In this document: piece after piece, positions 45,566 to 55,001 of the stretch
Numbering within the stretch: position 1 is the first letter of the stretch
How the letters are laid out: every line of letters begins with the position of its first letter
Assembly (NCBI GenBank): GCA_963770895.1
Contig: CAVYRF010000002.1
Location: 2,688,001 to 2,752,000 of the forward strand
Direction: 5' to 3'
DNA length: 64,000 nt
Source: an uncultured Acidobacteriota bacterium
GTDB lineage: Bacteria; Acidobacteriota; Thermoanaerobaculia; Multivoradales; UBA5704
Translations under genes and position numbers: made by a program
The notes under the pieces: model-generated
What the model saw: only the letters and a program-made list of their open reading frames with translations
What the model was told of the DNA's origin: nothing
Databases searched by the model: none

Positions 45566-48500
45566 CGATCCAGCCGCCGGCGATCGCGCGGGCGGCGCCG
45601 CCTCTGAGCGGCCGACCGGTGCGAGCCAGGCGGCCGCCGCGGCCGGCGGTGGCGGCCAGGTCGCCCCCGCCCTCCCGTTGCCGGGTGAGCAGTCCTTGCC
45701 TGCTGGCGGTCTTCTGCTGGCGGACAGTCTGCTGCCGGCGGATGGTCTGCTGCCGGCGGGCGGTCTGCTGCTGGTGCGCGGCGCCCGCGCCGCCCAGGCG
45801 GCGGTGCTGGCGCGGCTGGACCAGCTGGCGGCGGAGGCGCGCCGGGAGCCGGCGCTGCTCGGGCTGCCGGTGCGGGTGATCGTGCCGTCGCGCAGCCTGC
45901 GGCGGCACGTCGCGGCGCAGCTGGTGCGGCCGCGGGCGGCAGCGGCAGGCGGCGCCAGCTCCGGCCATCCGGCGGGCGGCGGGCCGCGGCGGGCGGTGGC
46001 CGGCGTGGTGGTGCAGACCCTGTATGGCGTCGCCTGCGAGGTGTTGGAGCGCGGCGGCCGCCCGGCGCGCCGCGGCGTCCACCTGTTCGAGACGCTGGTC
46101 GAGCGCGCGGCGCGGCGCGAGCCCATCCTGCGCCGCGGCCTGGGCGACCTGGTCGACGGCTTCCTGAGCGTGGCGGTGGTGGTCGCGGACCTGCTGGACG
46201 CGGCCTTCGAGCCGGCCCATGCCGAGGCTCTGGACGAGGCGCTGGCGAGCGACGGCCCGCGCTTCTGCGGCCGCGCCCAGGTCGAGCGCGCGCGGGCGCT
46301 GGTGCGCGTCGCGGCACGGACTGAGATGGGCCTGCGCGCGGCCGGTCTGGGGCGGCGTTCGACCCTGCTGCGCGAGGCGGCCGAGGCGCTGGCGGCGGCG
46401 CCCGACCAGGCGCTGCCCGCCAGGTCCATCGTGTTGCACGGCTTCATCGCCCCCAGCGGCGTCGCCGTCGACCTGCTGGCGATCCTCTGCCGGCGTCCGG
46501 GCGCCCTGCTGGTCGTGGACCAGCCGCCGCGGCCCAGTGCCGGCGCCGGCGGCGGCGGCGCTTACGGCGGCGCTGGCGGCGGCGGCCATGAGCCGGATGC
46601 GGTCGAGACCGCGGCCACGGCCCGCCTGGTGGAGCGCGCCGCCGGCCTGCTGCCCGTGCTGCGCCTGGGACACCATGCCGAGTCCGCGGACGCCGTCGCG
46701 AAAGCCGCGGTGCCACATGCCGAGCCCGCGGCTGCGACCGCGAAAGCCGCGGTGCCACATGCCGAGCCCGCGGCAGCCGCGGTGCCGCCGGCGCGCCTGG
46801 CCGCCTTCACCGCCGTGGGCGCCGAAGCCGAGGCGCGCGAGGTGGCGCGCCGCCTGCGCCTGCTGCTGGATGGCGCGGATGGCCGGCAGGGAGCTGGCGG
46901 CGGCGCGGCAGCCGTGTGGCCGGAGGGGCTGGCGGTGGTGGCGCGGGACCTGGCGCCCTACCGGGCGGCGTTGCGGCGCCACCTGTCGCGGCTGAACGTG
47001 CCGTTTTCGGGGATCGGCGAACCCGGCGGCCTGGTGGCGGCGGGCCGCCGCGCGGCGGCGGCGCTCGACCTGCTGCGCCTGGGGCCGGAAGCGCCGGCCG
47101 ATCGCTGGCTGGACGCCTGCGCCAACCTGTCGGCCGGGCTGCGCGTCGACCTCAGCCTGGCGCTGCGCGCCCTGGGCGCTGCGCGCCTGCGCGACGTGGC
47201 GGGCCTGCGCCACCAGCCCTTCAGCGGTGGCCTGGCGCTGCCCATCCGGCACGGCCTGCAATCCGTGGCGGCAGGCGACGCAGCGAACGCGGCGCCGGCT
47301 GCGCCGGGGGCCGCGGGTGCCGACGGGACGGGAACCCCGGCCGGTTTCGATGCCGACCGGTACGGCGCGGCGGGCGATGCCGCGGGCATGGCGGGCGCGG
47401 GCTGGAGAGCGGAGCCCGGCGGCCAGGCTGATACGGAGCCTGGCGGCCAGGCTGGTACGGAGCCCGGCAACCAGGCTGGTACGGAGCCCGGCAACCAGGC
47501 TGGTACGGAGCCCGGCAACCAGGCTTGTACGGAGCCCGGCAACCACGCCGGGATGGAGCCTGGCGGCCAGACTGGGACGGAGTCTGGCAACCAGGCCGGG
47601 ATGGAGCCTGGTGACCACGCCGGGGACGGCGGGACGGGGACGGGGCGCGAGGCGCCGCTGGACGAAGATGGCGAGGGGCGGGCGGTGGCGCGGGCGCGGC
47701 GGATCTCGGGGGAGCGGCTGCGCTGGGGGGTGCAGGCGGCGGCGCGGGTCCACGATCGGCTGGCGTCCCAGCCGCGGCAGGCGGCGGCGAGCGAGCAGTT
47801 CGCGCGCTTGCGCCGGTTGCTGGAGGAGCTGGGGCTGGGGGAGGCGGACCAGCCGCTGGCCGCGGCGCTGGCCCAGCTGGAAGAAGAGGTGCCGGCCGGC
47901 ATGTCTCTGGACGCCGAAGAGCTGCGCCTGCTGATGGCGCGGGCGCTGGGCGACCGCGGCCAGAGCCCCCTGGGCGGCGCCGGCGGCGGGGTGCAGGTGC
48001 TGAGCGTGGCGGAAGCGCGGGGCCGCACCTTCGACCAGCTTTTCCTGGTGGGCCTCAACCGCGACCAGTTCCCCCGCCCGGTGCGCGAAGACCCGCTGCT
48101 GGCCGACGACCTGCGCCTGGTCCTGCGCCGCGTGCTGCCCGACCTGCCGCTGCGGCGCGACGCCTTCGACGACGAGCGCCACGCCTTTGCCCAGCTGCTG
48201 TCGGCCGCGCCGGCGGTCTGCCTGTCGTGGCGGATCGGCGACGACGACGGCAAACCTCTGCCGGCGTCGCCGCTGGTCGAGCGGCTGCTGCCGGCCCTGG
48301 CGCCGCGGCTGGCGCCCGCGGTCTATGCACCGCCCCCGCCGGCGGCTGGACCGGACGTTCCGGGGCGCGCGGACGTGCCGCGGCCGGCGGACGAGCACGC
48401 CATCCTGGCGGGGCTCTACGGCAGCCGGCGCGACCTGGGCCTGGTGCTGCCGCTGGCGGTGGCCCAGGTGCGGCAGCAGTTGGGCCGGCCGCTGGTCGAC

Positions 48501-49832
48501 CTGGACATGGAGGCGGTGGCCGCCGGGCGCCTGCGCGTCCTGGAGGAGCAGGACCCCGATCCGCGCACGCCGGCGGGCCAGGCCGCCGCGGCCAGCCTGG
48601 GACCCTATTTCGGTTTCGTCGGAGCGCGCGCTCACCGTCCCGGCCACGGCCTGCACATCACCCACCTGGAAGCCCTGGCCGCCTGCCCCTGGCAGCTGTT
48701 CCTGGGCCGCGTGCTCCGCTTGGAAAGGCCCCCCGACCCGCTGGGCGCGCTGCCCGGCGCCGATCCGCTGCGGCTCGGCAACCTGGTGCACCGCGCCCTC
48801 GATCGCCTGATCCAGCGGGCCATCGGCGCGGCCGCAACCGCGGGCGTTGGCTCACCCTCGGACGGCGACCGGCGGGTGGCCGAGGTGGGACAGGGCCTGG
48901 GGCAGGCTGAGCTGGCTGGCCGGCGGCTTGGGACCGGCGAGCGACAGACGATCTCCGGCGCGGTTGGAGTGGCGGATGGGGCGGCGACTCGCGGCCCGGC
49001 GCACGGCGGCCGGGGAGCCGCGATGGACGGCGGTGCGACGGCGGTCCTGGTGCGATGGCCGCCGGCGCGCGACGTGGAGGCGGCGCTGACGGCGGCGGCG
49101 GCCGAGCTGCTGGCGGAAGATGGGCTGGCGCTGCCGGGATGGGCGGCGGCGCTGGCCGCGCATGCGCTGCCCTTCGTCGAGGCGGCGCGGCAGGTCGATT
49201 GGCCGGATGAGGGCGCGACGGTGGCGGTGGTGGCGAGCGAGGTGGCGGGCGAGCTGGTGGTGGAGCGGCCGGGCGGCGGGCCGGCGTTGCGCATCCGCTG
49301 CCGCGCCGACCGCGAGGATCGCGTCGACGGACGCCGCCGTTTCACCGACTACAAGACCGGCAAGCCGATGTCGGAGGCGCGCGACGCGGGCAGGCGGCGC
49401 CAGAAGCTGCTGGCCGACATCCGCGCCGGGTCCCGGCTACAGGCCGTCGCCTACCTGCTCGCCGCCGGCCAGGCTGCCGAAGGGCGCTATCTCTTCCTGC
49501 GCCCGGATCTGCCCGTCGCCGAGGCGCGCGAAGTCGCGGTGGAGACCGGCGACGCGGAAGCGCTCGCCGCCTTCGATGGCGCCATCGAGATCTTGCTGGA
49601 GGCCTGGGACGCCGGCGCCTTCTTCCCCCGCCTGCTCGATCCGGCCGGCCGCAAGGAGCCGCCCCGCTGCCAGTTCTGCGCCGTCGCCGAAGCCTGCGTG
49701 CGCTCCGATCCCGCGGCGCGCGGGCGCCTGTGGCGCTGGACCAGCCAGGCGCATGCCGCCGCCGGCGCCGAAGCGGCGCTGCTCGCCCTGTGGGAGCTGC
49801 CGCGGGCAGTGCAAGAGGAGGACCCCGCGTGA
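45531..49832 (+). CDS. addB: AddB-like PD-(D/E)XK nuclease subunit
   Basis: ARGRTFD, ACPW, ADRED, DYKTG, LQ..Y and CQFC..C Fe-S staple; upstream of addA. Confidence 0.85.
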   Translation: MKQLSLFDSGPDDPAAGDRAGGAASERPTGASQAAAAAGGGGQVAPALPLPGEQSLPAGGLLLADSLLPADGLLPAGGLLLVRGARAAQAAVLARLDQLAAEARREPALLGLPVRVIVPSRSLRRHVAAQLVRPRAAAAGGASSGHPAGGGPRRAVAGVVVQTLYGVACEVLERGGRPARRGVHLFETLVERAARREPILRRGLGDLVDGFLSVAVVVADLLDAAFEPAHAEALDEALASDGPRFCGRAQVERARALVRVAARTEMGLRAAGLGRRSTLLREAAEALAAAPDQALPARSIVLHGFIAPSGVAVDLLAILCRRPGALLVVDQPPRPSAGAGGGGAYGGAGGGGHEPDAVETAATARLVERAAGLLPVLRLGHHAESADAVAKAAVPHAEPAAATAKAAVPHAEPAAAAVPPARLAAFTAVGAEAEAREVARRLRLLLDGADGRQGAGGGAAAVWPEGLAVVARDLAPYRAALRRHLSRLNVPFSGIGEPGGLVAAGRRAAAALDLLRLGPEAPADRWLDACANLSAGLRVDLSLALRALGAARLRDVAGLRHQPFSGGLALPIRHGLQSVAAGDAANAAPAAPGAAGADGTGTPAGFDADRYGAAGDAAGMAGAGWRAEPGGQADTEPGGQAGTEPGNQAGTEPGNQAGTEPGNQACTEPGNHAGMEPGGQTGTESGNQAGMEPGDHAGDGGTGTGREAPLDEDGEGRAVARARRISGERLRWGVQAAARVHDRLASQPRQAAASEQFARLRRLLEELGLGEADQPLAAALAQLEEEVPAGMSLDAEELRLLMARALGDRGQSPLGGAGGGVQVLSVAEARGRTFDQLFLVGLNRDQFPRPVREDPLLADDLRLVLRRVLPDLPLRRDAFDDERHAFAQLLSAAPAVCLSWRIGDDDGKPLPASPLVERLLPALAPRLAPAVYAPPPPAAGPDVPGRADVPRPADEHAILAGLYGSRRDLGLVLPLAVAQVRQQLGRPLVDLDMEAVAAGRLRVLEEQDPDPRTPAGQAAAASLGPYFGFVGARAHRPGHGLHITHLEALAACPWQLFLGRVLRLERPPDPLGALPGADPLRLGNLVHRALDRLIQRAIGAAATAGVGSPSDGDRRVAEVGQGLGQAELAGRRLGTGERQTISGAVGVADGAATRGPAHGGRGAAMDGGATAVLVRWPPARDVEAALTAAAAELLAEDGLALPGWAAALAAHALPFVEAARQVDWPDEGATVAVVASEVAGELVVERPGGGPALRIRCRADREDRVDGRRRFTDYKTGKPMSEARDAGRRRQKLLADIRAGSRLQAVAYLLAAGQAAEGRYLFLRPDLPVAEAREVAVETGDAEALAAFDGAIEILLEAWDAGAFFPRLLDPAGRKEPPRCQFCAVAEACVRSDPAARGRLWRWTSQAHAAAGAEAALLALWELPRAVQEEDPA
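46674..46787 (+). repeat. In-frame 42-bp tandem repeat (~2.7 copies) in addB
   Basis: HAESADAVAKAAVP/HAEPAAATAKAAVP/HAEPAAAAVP. Confidence 0.8.
47412..47627 (+). repeat. In-frame 24-bp tandem repeat (9 copies) in addB
   Basis: GAGCCCGGCAACCAGGCTGGTACG-like units encoding EPG(N/G)QAGT. Confidence 0.9.
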
Positions 49833-52800
49833 CGCCGCCGGACGACGCGGCGGCTGCCCTGGCGCGCGACCGGCAGGCGCGCGCCGCGGCGCAGACCCGC
49901 TTCGACCGGCCGCTGGTCCTGGAGGCGGGCGCGGGCACCGGCAAGACGACGACGCTGATCGCCCGACTGCTGGCGTGGTGCCTGGGACCTGGCTGGGACA
50001 GGGCGGCCGGCGAACCCGGCGCCGCGACGGCGGCGCCGCCAGTCTCGGAGATTCTGGCAGGCCCGGAGACGCTGACAAGCTCAACCTCGCCGACAGGCTC
50101 GCAGGCGCTGGCAGGTGTGGCGACGCTGGCAGGCGCGGCGACGCCTGCAGCCCCGACGTTGCTCACGGGGCCGGCGGTGGCGGCGGACGAGGTGGTGGCG
50201 GCGCGGGTGCTGCGCCGGGTGGTGGCGCTCACCTTCACCGAGGCGGCGGCGGCGGAGATGGCGGAGCGCGCCGCGCGCGAGCTGGCGGCGCTGGCGCGCG
50301 GCGGCCGGGTGGCGGACTGGATGGGCGCCGCGGCGCTGCCGGCGGGGCCTGACTTGGTGCGGCGGGCGCGGGCGCTGGTGGCGACGCTGGATCACCTGTC
50401 GGTCGAAACCATCCACGCCTATTGCCTGCGGCTGCTGGCCAGCTATCCGCTGGAGGCGCGGGTGCACCCCGTCCTGCAGGTGGACGTGGACGGCAGCCTG
50501 GTCGAGCAGGCGATCGCCGAAACGGTGGAAGGCGCCCTGCGGTCCGGCTATGGGTCGCCCGGCGATCCGCACCTGCTGGCGCTGGCGGCGGCAGGGTGCG
50601 GTCCGCGCGAGGTGGCCGAGGCGCTCGCCGTGCTGGTGGCGGCGGGGTTGCCGGCGGCGGTCCTGGAGCGCGATCCGTTTGCCGGTGACGGCTGGGCGCG
50701 GCTGGTCGAGCGCCTGGTCGAGGCCGCGTCGGGACTGCACCAGATCCTGACCCCCCGCCTTGCCGGCAGCCGCCTGCCGCTCGCCGCGGCGGTCGAAGCG
50801 GCGCTGGCGCACCTGGCGCCGCGGGCACGGCTGGCGCTGTTGGCCCTGTCGACGCGGTCGGCACGATCGGCGGGGCCGGCGCTTGGCGCCGGTGGTGCCG
50901 GCGATGTCGGAGATGCCGGGGGCCATGGCGATGGGGGCGATGCGGGTGGTACCGGCGGCGATCGCGATGCGGCCGATGCGACCGACCCGAACGATGGGGG
51001 CGGTGCCGGCGGCGGCGCGCCCCTGGAGCGGCTGGCGGAGGAGCTGCGGCAGGCGGCGCTGCAATGGTTTCCCGCCAACCTCCGCCAGCGTCTGGCGGAT
51101 TGGGGCAAGGGGCGGCTGGTCAAGCAGGAGCAGGAGCGGCTGGGCGAGGTACGCCAGGAGCTGGAGGCGCTGGCGGCGGCCATGGCGCGGCTGCTCGACC
51201 AGTTGGAGCGTATCGATCCGGCGCGGCTGCGCACGGCGCGGCTGGCGCTGGCGCCGCTGCTCGGCCAGGTGCGCGAGCAGCTCACCCGCCGCGGCATCGT
51301 TTCGTTCGACGACCTGCTGCGCGGCGCGCGGCGCCTGCTCGCGGCGCACCCGGAGGTGCGCACGCGGCTGCGGCGCGGCATCGATCAGCTCCTGGTGGAC
51401 GAGTTTCAGGACACCGACGCGACGCAGTGCGAAGTGCTGCGCTGGCTGGCCCTGGACGGACCGCCCGGCGAGCGGCCGGGGCTGTTCCTGGTGGGCGATC
51501 CCAAGCAGTCGATCTACGGTTGGCGCAGCGCCGACCTGCGCGCCTACGCCGGCTTCGTGGCGGCGGTGGTCGCGGCCGGTGGCGTGGTGCTGCCGCTGGT
51601 CGAAAACTTCCGCTCCCTGCCGGCGATCCTGGACGAGGTGACGCGGGTGATGGCGCCCGTCATGCGCGAGCGCGCCGGCGTGCAGCCGCCGCACGCGCCG
51701 CTCGTGCCCTGCGAGCGCCGCGTCGCCGATGCGCCGCCGGCGGGCGGCGGCCGGGCGGCGGTCGAGCACTGGATCTCCTGGCCGCCGGACGCCGGGCAGG
51801 AGGCCGATCTCGCCGCCGCGACGGCGCTCGAAGCCGAGGCCATCGCCGGCGACCTGGCCGCCTTGCATGCGGACCGCGGCATGGCCTGGCGCGAGGCGGC
51901 CATCCTGCTGCGCAGCACCGGCGACCTGGACGTCTATCTGGATGCGCTGCGCCGCCGGGGGATCCCGTTCGCGGTTGGCCGCGACACGCAGTATTTCCGC
52001 CGGCGCGAGATCATCGATGCCGCGGCGCTGGTGCGGGCGGTGCTCGATCCGGGCGACCACCTGGCGCTGGTCACGCTGCTGCGCTCGCCGATGGTCGGCG
52101 TGCCGGATGCCGCGCTCATCCCCCTGTGGCGCCACCAGCTGCCGCGCCTGGTCACCGACCTGGACGCACCCGCCGCGGAGCCGCTGGCGGCGGTGTGCGC
52201 GGCGGTCGCGGCGGCGGTGCGCGACATGCCGCCCGGCGTGCCCGGCCTGGCGCGGGTGGCAGGCTGGGACCTCAACCTGATCTCGGCCATCGAGCACCTG
52301 GCGGTGTTGCGCCAGTCGTTCGCCGTGCAGCCCATCGACCTGTTCGTCGAGCGGCTGCGGCGGCTGTTCCTGCTCGACGCCATCGCCGCCGCCCGGCACC
52401 TGGGCGCCTACCGGCTGGCCAACCTGGACCGCTTCTTCCGCCTGCTGCTGGTCGAGATCGAGCGCGGCGGCGGCGACGCGACCGCGGTCCTGCGCGCCCT
52501 GCGCGTCAAGATCGCAACCGGCCGCGAGGCCGAGGAGGGGCGGCCGCTGGCCGGCGCCGAAGACGCCGTTTCAGTGCTCACCATCCATGGCGCCAAGGGC
52601 CTGGACTTCACCCACGTCTACCTGCCGCAGCTGCACAAACCGGGCAAAAAGGACCAGGCGCCGCCCACCGCGGTGGGCTGGGACCCCCCGCAGTCCGGCC
52701 GCCGCCCGCCCGGCGATCCCGACCTGGACGGCTGGGAGTACTGCCTGTTCGGCAACGCCACGCCGGACTTCGATCGGGTGGAGGAGCGGCGCCTGGAGGT

Positions 52801-54001
52801 CGAATCCGCCGAGCGGGTCCGCACCCTCTACGTCGCCATGACCCGCGCCAAGGACCGCCTGGTCCTTGCCGCCTGCTGGCCGCGCCGCGCCGCCGCGCCG
52901 CCCGCCCCCGAGCAGGCCCGCAGCCACCTGCACCTGCTCGCCTGGCGCCCCGGCAGCCCCGATCTGCAATGGCTCTGGGAGGCCGCAGGCCGATCGGTCC
53001 CGGCCGCCCAGACCGATTCTCCGGTTGCCGCGGTGGATTTTGTCGACTCCGCGGGCGTGGCCTGGCGTTTTCCGGCGTTTGCCGCGTGGGCCGCGCCCGC
53101 CGTCGCCGCGCCCGCCGTGACCGCGCTGGCCGGAGGGGTGCCCGCCGTAGGAGCGCTCGCCGCGCCCGCCGCGGTCGCGGCGCAGGCCGCCGACCAGGAC
53201 CGCAACCGCGCGGTGGCGGCGGCGCGCATGGCAAGCCCCTTCGGCGCCGCCGCTTCGGAAGAAGCCCACGCCGAGCTGCGCGAAGAGATCGCCACCCGCA
53301 CCGCCGCCGTGGAGCCGTCCACCCCATCGCCTGCCGTGGAACCGGCCCCACCTCCCGTCGACGCGGCTTCGGCGGCGCCCGACGCAAACGTCGAGGAAGC
53401 GGCGGCGGCGCGCGCGGCGGCGATGGCGGCGGGCGCGGCGTTTCACCGGGCGGTGGAGCTTTGGGACCTGGGCGCCGACGTGGGCGCAGAGACCGAGCGC
53501 CAGCGCGCGATGCTGGCCTCCTACCTGGCGGCGGTGACGGCGGACCGCGATCGCGAGCGGGGCCTGGCGCGCGCCAGCGCGATGCTCGACCGGTTTGTCG
53601 CCGGCGGCCTGGCGGAGCGGCTGTGTCAGCTGGCGCCGCAGGTGATCGCCCGCGAGCTGCCGGTGCTGCTGGCGCCGCCGGCGGCGTTTCCCGCGTCGGC
53701 GGGGTCGGCGGGGTCGGCGCACGGGGTGCCGGCGGGTTTCGTGTCGGGCACGATCGACCTGCTGTACCGCGACCCCGCGAGCGGCGCCCTGGTGATCGCG
53801 GACTACAAGACGGACGACGTGGCTGGCGCCGCCCTGGCGAGCCGGGCGGCGATCTACGCCAGCCAGGGGGCGGCGTACGTGACCGCGATCCAGGCGGCGC
53901 TCGCGCTGCCGGCGCCACCCCGCTTCGAACTGTGGTTTGTCATCGCCGGCCAGGTGGTGGCGCCGGCCATGGCCGCCCCCGGCCGCGGCGGCGCGGGGTA
54001 A
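49829..54001 (+). CDS. addA: AddA-like UvrD helicase/nuclease
   Basis: AGAGTGKT, VDEFQDT, GDPKQSIY, TIHGAKGL, YVAMTRA, GTIDL and DYKT motifs; GTGA coupling. Confidence 0.92.
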   Translation: MTPPDDAAAALARDRQARAAAQTRFDRPLVLEAGAGTGKTTTLIARLLAWCLGPGWDRAAGEPGAATAAPPVSEILAGPETLTSSTSPTGSQALAGVATLAGAATPAAPTLLTGPAVAADEVVAARVLRRVVALTFTEAAAAEMAERAARELAALARGGRVADWMGAAALPAGPDLVRRARALVATLDHLSVETIHAYCLRLLASYPLEARVHPVLQVDVDGSLVEQAIAETVEGALRSGYGSPGDPHLLALAAAGCGPREVAEALAVLVAAGLPAAVLERDPFAGDGWARLVERLVEAASGLHQILTPRLAGSRLPLAAAVEAALAHLAPRARLALLALSTRSARSAGPALGAGGAGDVGDAGGHGDGGDAGGTGGDRDAADATDPNDGGGAGGGAPLERLAEELRQAALQWFPANLRQRLADWGKGRLVKQEQERLGEVRQELEALAAAMARLLDQLERIDPARLRTARLALAPLLGQVREQLTRRGIVSFDDLLRGARRLLAAHPEVRTRLRRGIDQLLVDEFQDTDATQCEVLRWLALDGPPGERPGLFLVGDPKQSIYGWRSADLRAYAGFVAAVVAAGGVVLPLVENFRSLPAILDEVTRVMAPVMRERAGVQPPHAPLVPCERRVADAPPAGGGRAAVEHWISWPPDAGQEADLAAATALEAEAIAGDLAALHADRGMAWREAAILLRSTGDLDVYLDALRRRGIPFAVGRDTQYFRRREIIDAAALVRAVLDPGDHLALVTLLRSPMVGVPDAALIPLWRHQLPRLVTDLDAPAAEPLAAVCAAVAAAVRDMPPGVPGLARVAGWDLNLISAIEHLAVLRQSFAVQPIDLFVERLRRLFLLDAIAAARHLGAYRLANLDRFFRLLLVEIERGGGDATAVLRALRVKIATGREAEEGRPLAGAEDAVSVLTIHGAKGLDFTHVYLPQLHKPGKKDQAPPTAVGWDPPQSGRRPPGDPDLDGWEYCLFGNATPDFDRVEERRLEVESAERVRTLYVAMTRAKDRLVLAACWPRRAAAPPAPEQARSHLHLLAWRPGSPDLQWLWEAAGRSVPAAQTDSPVAAVDFVDSAGVAWRFPAFAAWAAPAVAAPAVTALAGGVPAVGALAAPAAVAAQAADQDRNRAVAAARMASPFGAAASEEAHAELREEIATRTAAVEPSTPSPAVEPAPPPVDAASAAPDANVEEAAAARAAAMAAGAAFHRAVELWDLGADVGAETERQRAMLASYLAAVTADRDRERGLARASAMLDRFVAGGLAERLCQLAPQVIARELPVLLAPPAAFPASAGSAGSAHGVPAGFVSGTIDLLYRDPASGALVIADYKTDDVAGAALASRAAIYASQGAAYVTAIQAALALPAPPRFELWFVIAGQVVAPAMAAPGRGGAG

Positions 54002-54041
54002 GCTTGGGACCCATGAGCAGCGGTCGCCGGCGGTCTCACCC

Positions 54042-55001
54042 ATGAGCAGCCCCGAATTCTCGGTGGTGGTGCCGACGCACAACCGGCTGGAGGTGCTGGC
54101 GGAGGTGCTGTCGGCCCTGGCGCGGCAGGAGGGCGCGCCGGCGTTCGAGGTGGTGGTGGTGGACGACGGCTCGACCGACGGCACCGGCGAGTGGCTGCGC
54201 GGCCGCAGCTTCGATCTGGCGCTGCGCGTGCTCAGCCAGGAGAACCGCGGTCCGGCGGCGGCGCGCAATACCGGCGTGGCCGTGGCGGCGGGGCGCTGGG
54301 TGGCCTTTCTGGGGGACGATACCGTCCCCGCGATTGGATGGCTGGCGGCCCATCACGCCGCCCATCGCAGCCATGGCGACGACCCCCACCTGGCGGTGTT
54401 GGGCTACACCGGCTGGCACCCGCGCATGCGGCTGACCCCCTTCCTGCGCTACATCAACGAATACGGCCTGCAGTTCGGCTATGCGCTGATCAAGGATCCC
54501 CAGGACGTGCCGTTCAATTTCTTCTACACCTCCAACATCTCCCTGGCGCGCGAGCTGCTGTTGGCGGAGCCCTTCGACCTGCGATTTCCCTATGCGGCAT
54601 GGGAAGATATCGAGGTGGCGTACCGTTTGAAGAAGAGAGGGCTCAGGATGATGTACCAACCGGCTGCACAGGTCGCCCACGATCACCCCACCGACCTTGC
54701 GCGCTTCGCCGCGCGCCAGGAGCGGGCGGGCTACTGCGCCGCCGTCTTCGAGCGCCTGCACCCCGAGCTCGGCGGCTTCCTGGGCATCGGCCCGGACGGC
54801 CCGCCGCCGCTCCCCGACGCCGCCGTCCAGAGGCGGCGCGAAAAGCTGGTGCGGGCCTTGCAAAAATGGCCAATAGCACTACCCCACATGTGGGAGGATG
54901 TGCTGAGATTTCACTACGTCAAAGGTCTTCATCGCGCTTGGAACAACCCGGAACTTCATCCGGCAGCCAGCCTGGAGACCAAAAAGGAGATGAACCCATG
55001 A
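54042..55001 (+). CDS. Glycosyltransferase family 2
   Basis: SVVVPTHNR, VVDDGSTD, GPAAARN, FLGDD and WED motifs. Confidence 0.92.
   Translation: MSSPEFSVVVPTHNRLEVLAEVLSALARQEGAPAFEVVVVDDGSTDGTGEWLRGRSFDLALRVLSQENRGPAAARNTGVAVAAGRWVAFLGDDTVPAIGWLAAHHAAHRSHGDDPHLAVLGYTGWHPRMRLTPFLRYINEYGLQFGYALIKDPQDVPFNFFYTSNISLARELLLAEPFDLRFPYAAWEDIEVAYRLKKRGLRMMYQPAAQVAHDHPTDLARFAARQERAGYCAAVFERLHPELGGFLGIGPDGPPPLPDAAVQRRREKLVRALQKWPIALPHMWEDVLRFHYVKGLHRAWNNPELHPAASLETKKEMNP

Noticed and set aside
47412-47627. Regular 24-bp repeats as a possible CRISPR array
   Set aside because: The repeats are contiguous with no spacers, lie in frame inside addB, and no cas genes are present.
54010-54050. 12-bp direct repeat CCCATGAGCAGC at the GT2 start as an insertion scar
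   Set aside because: Only 17 bp lie between the copies; a local microduplication with no sign of a mobile element.
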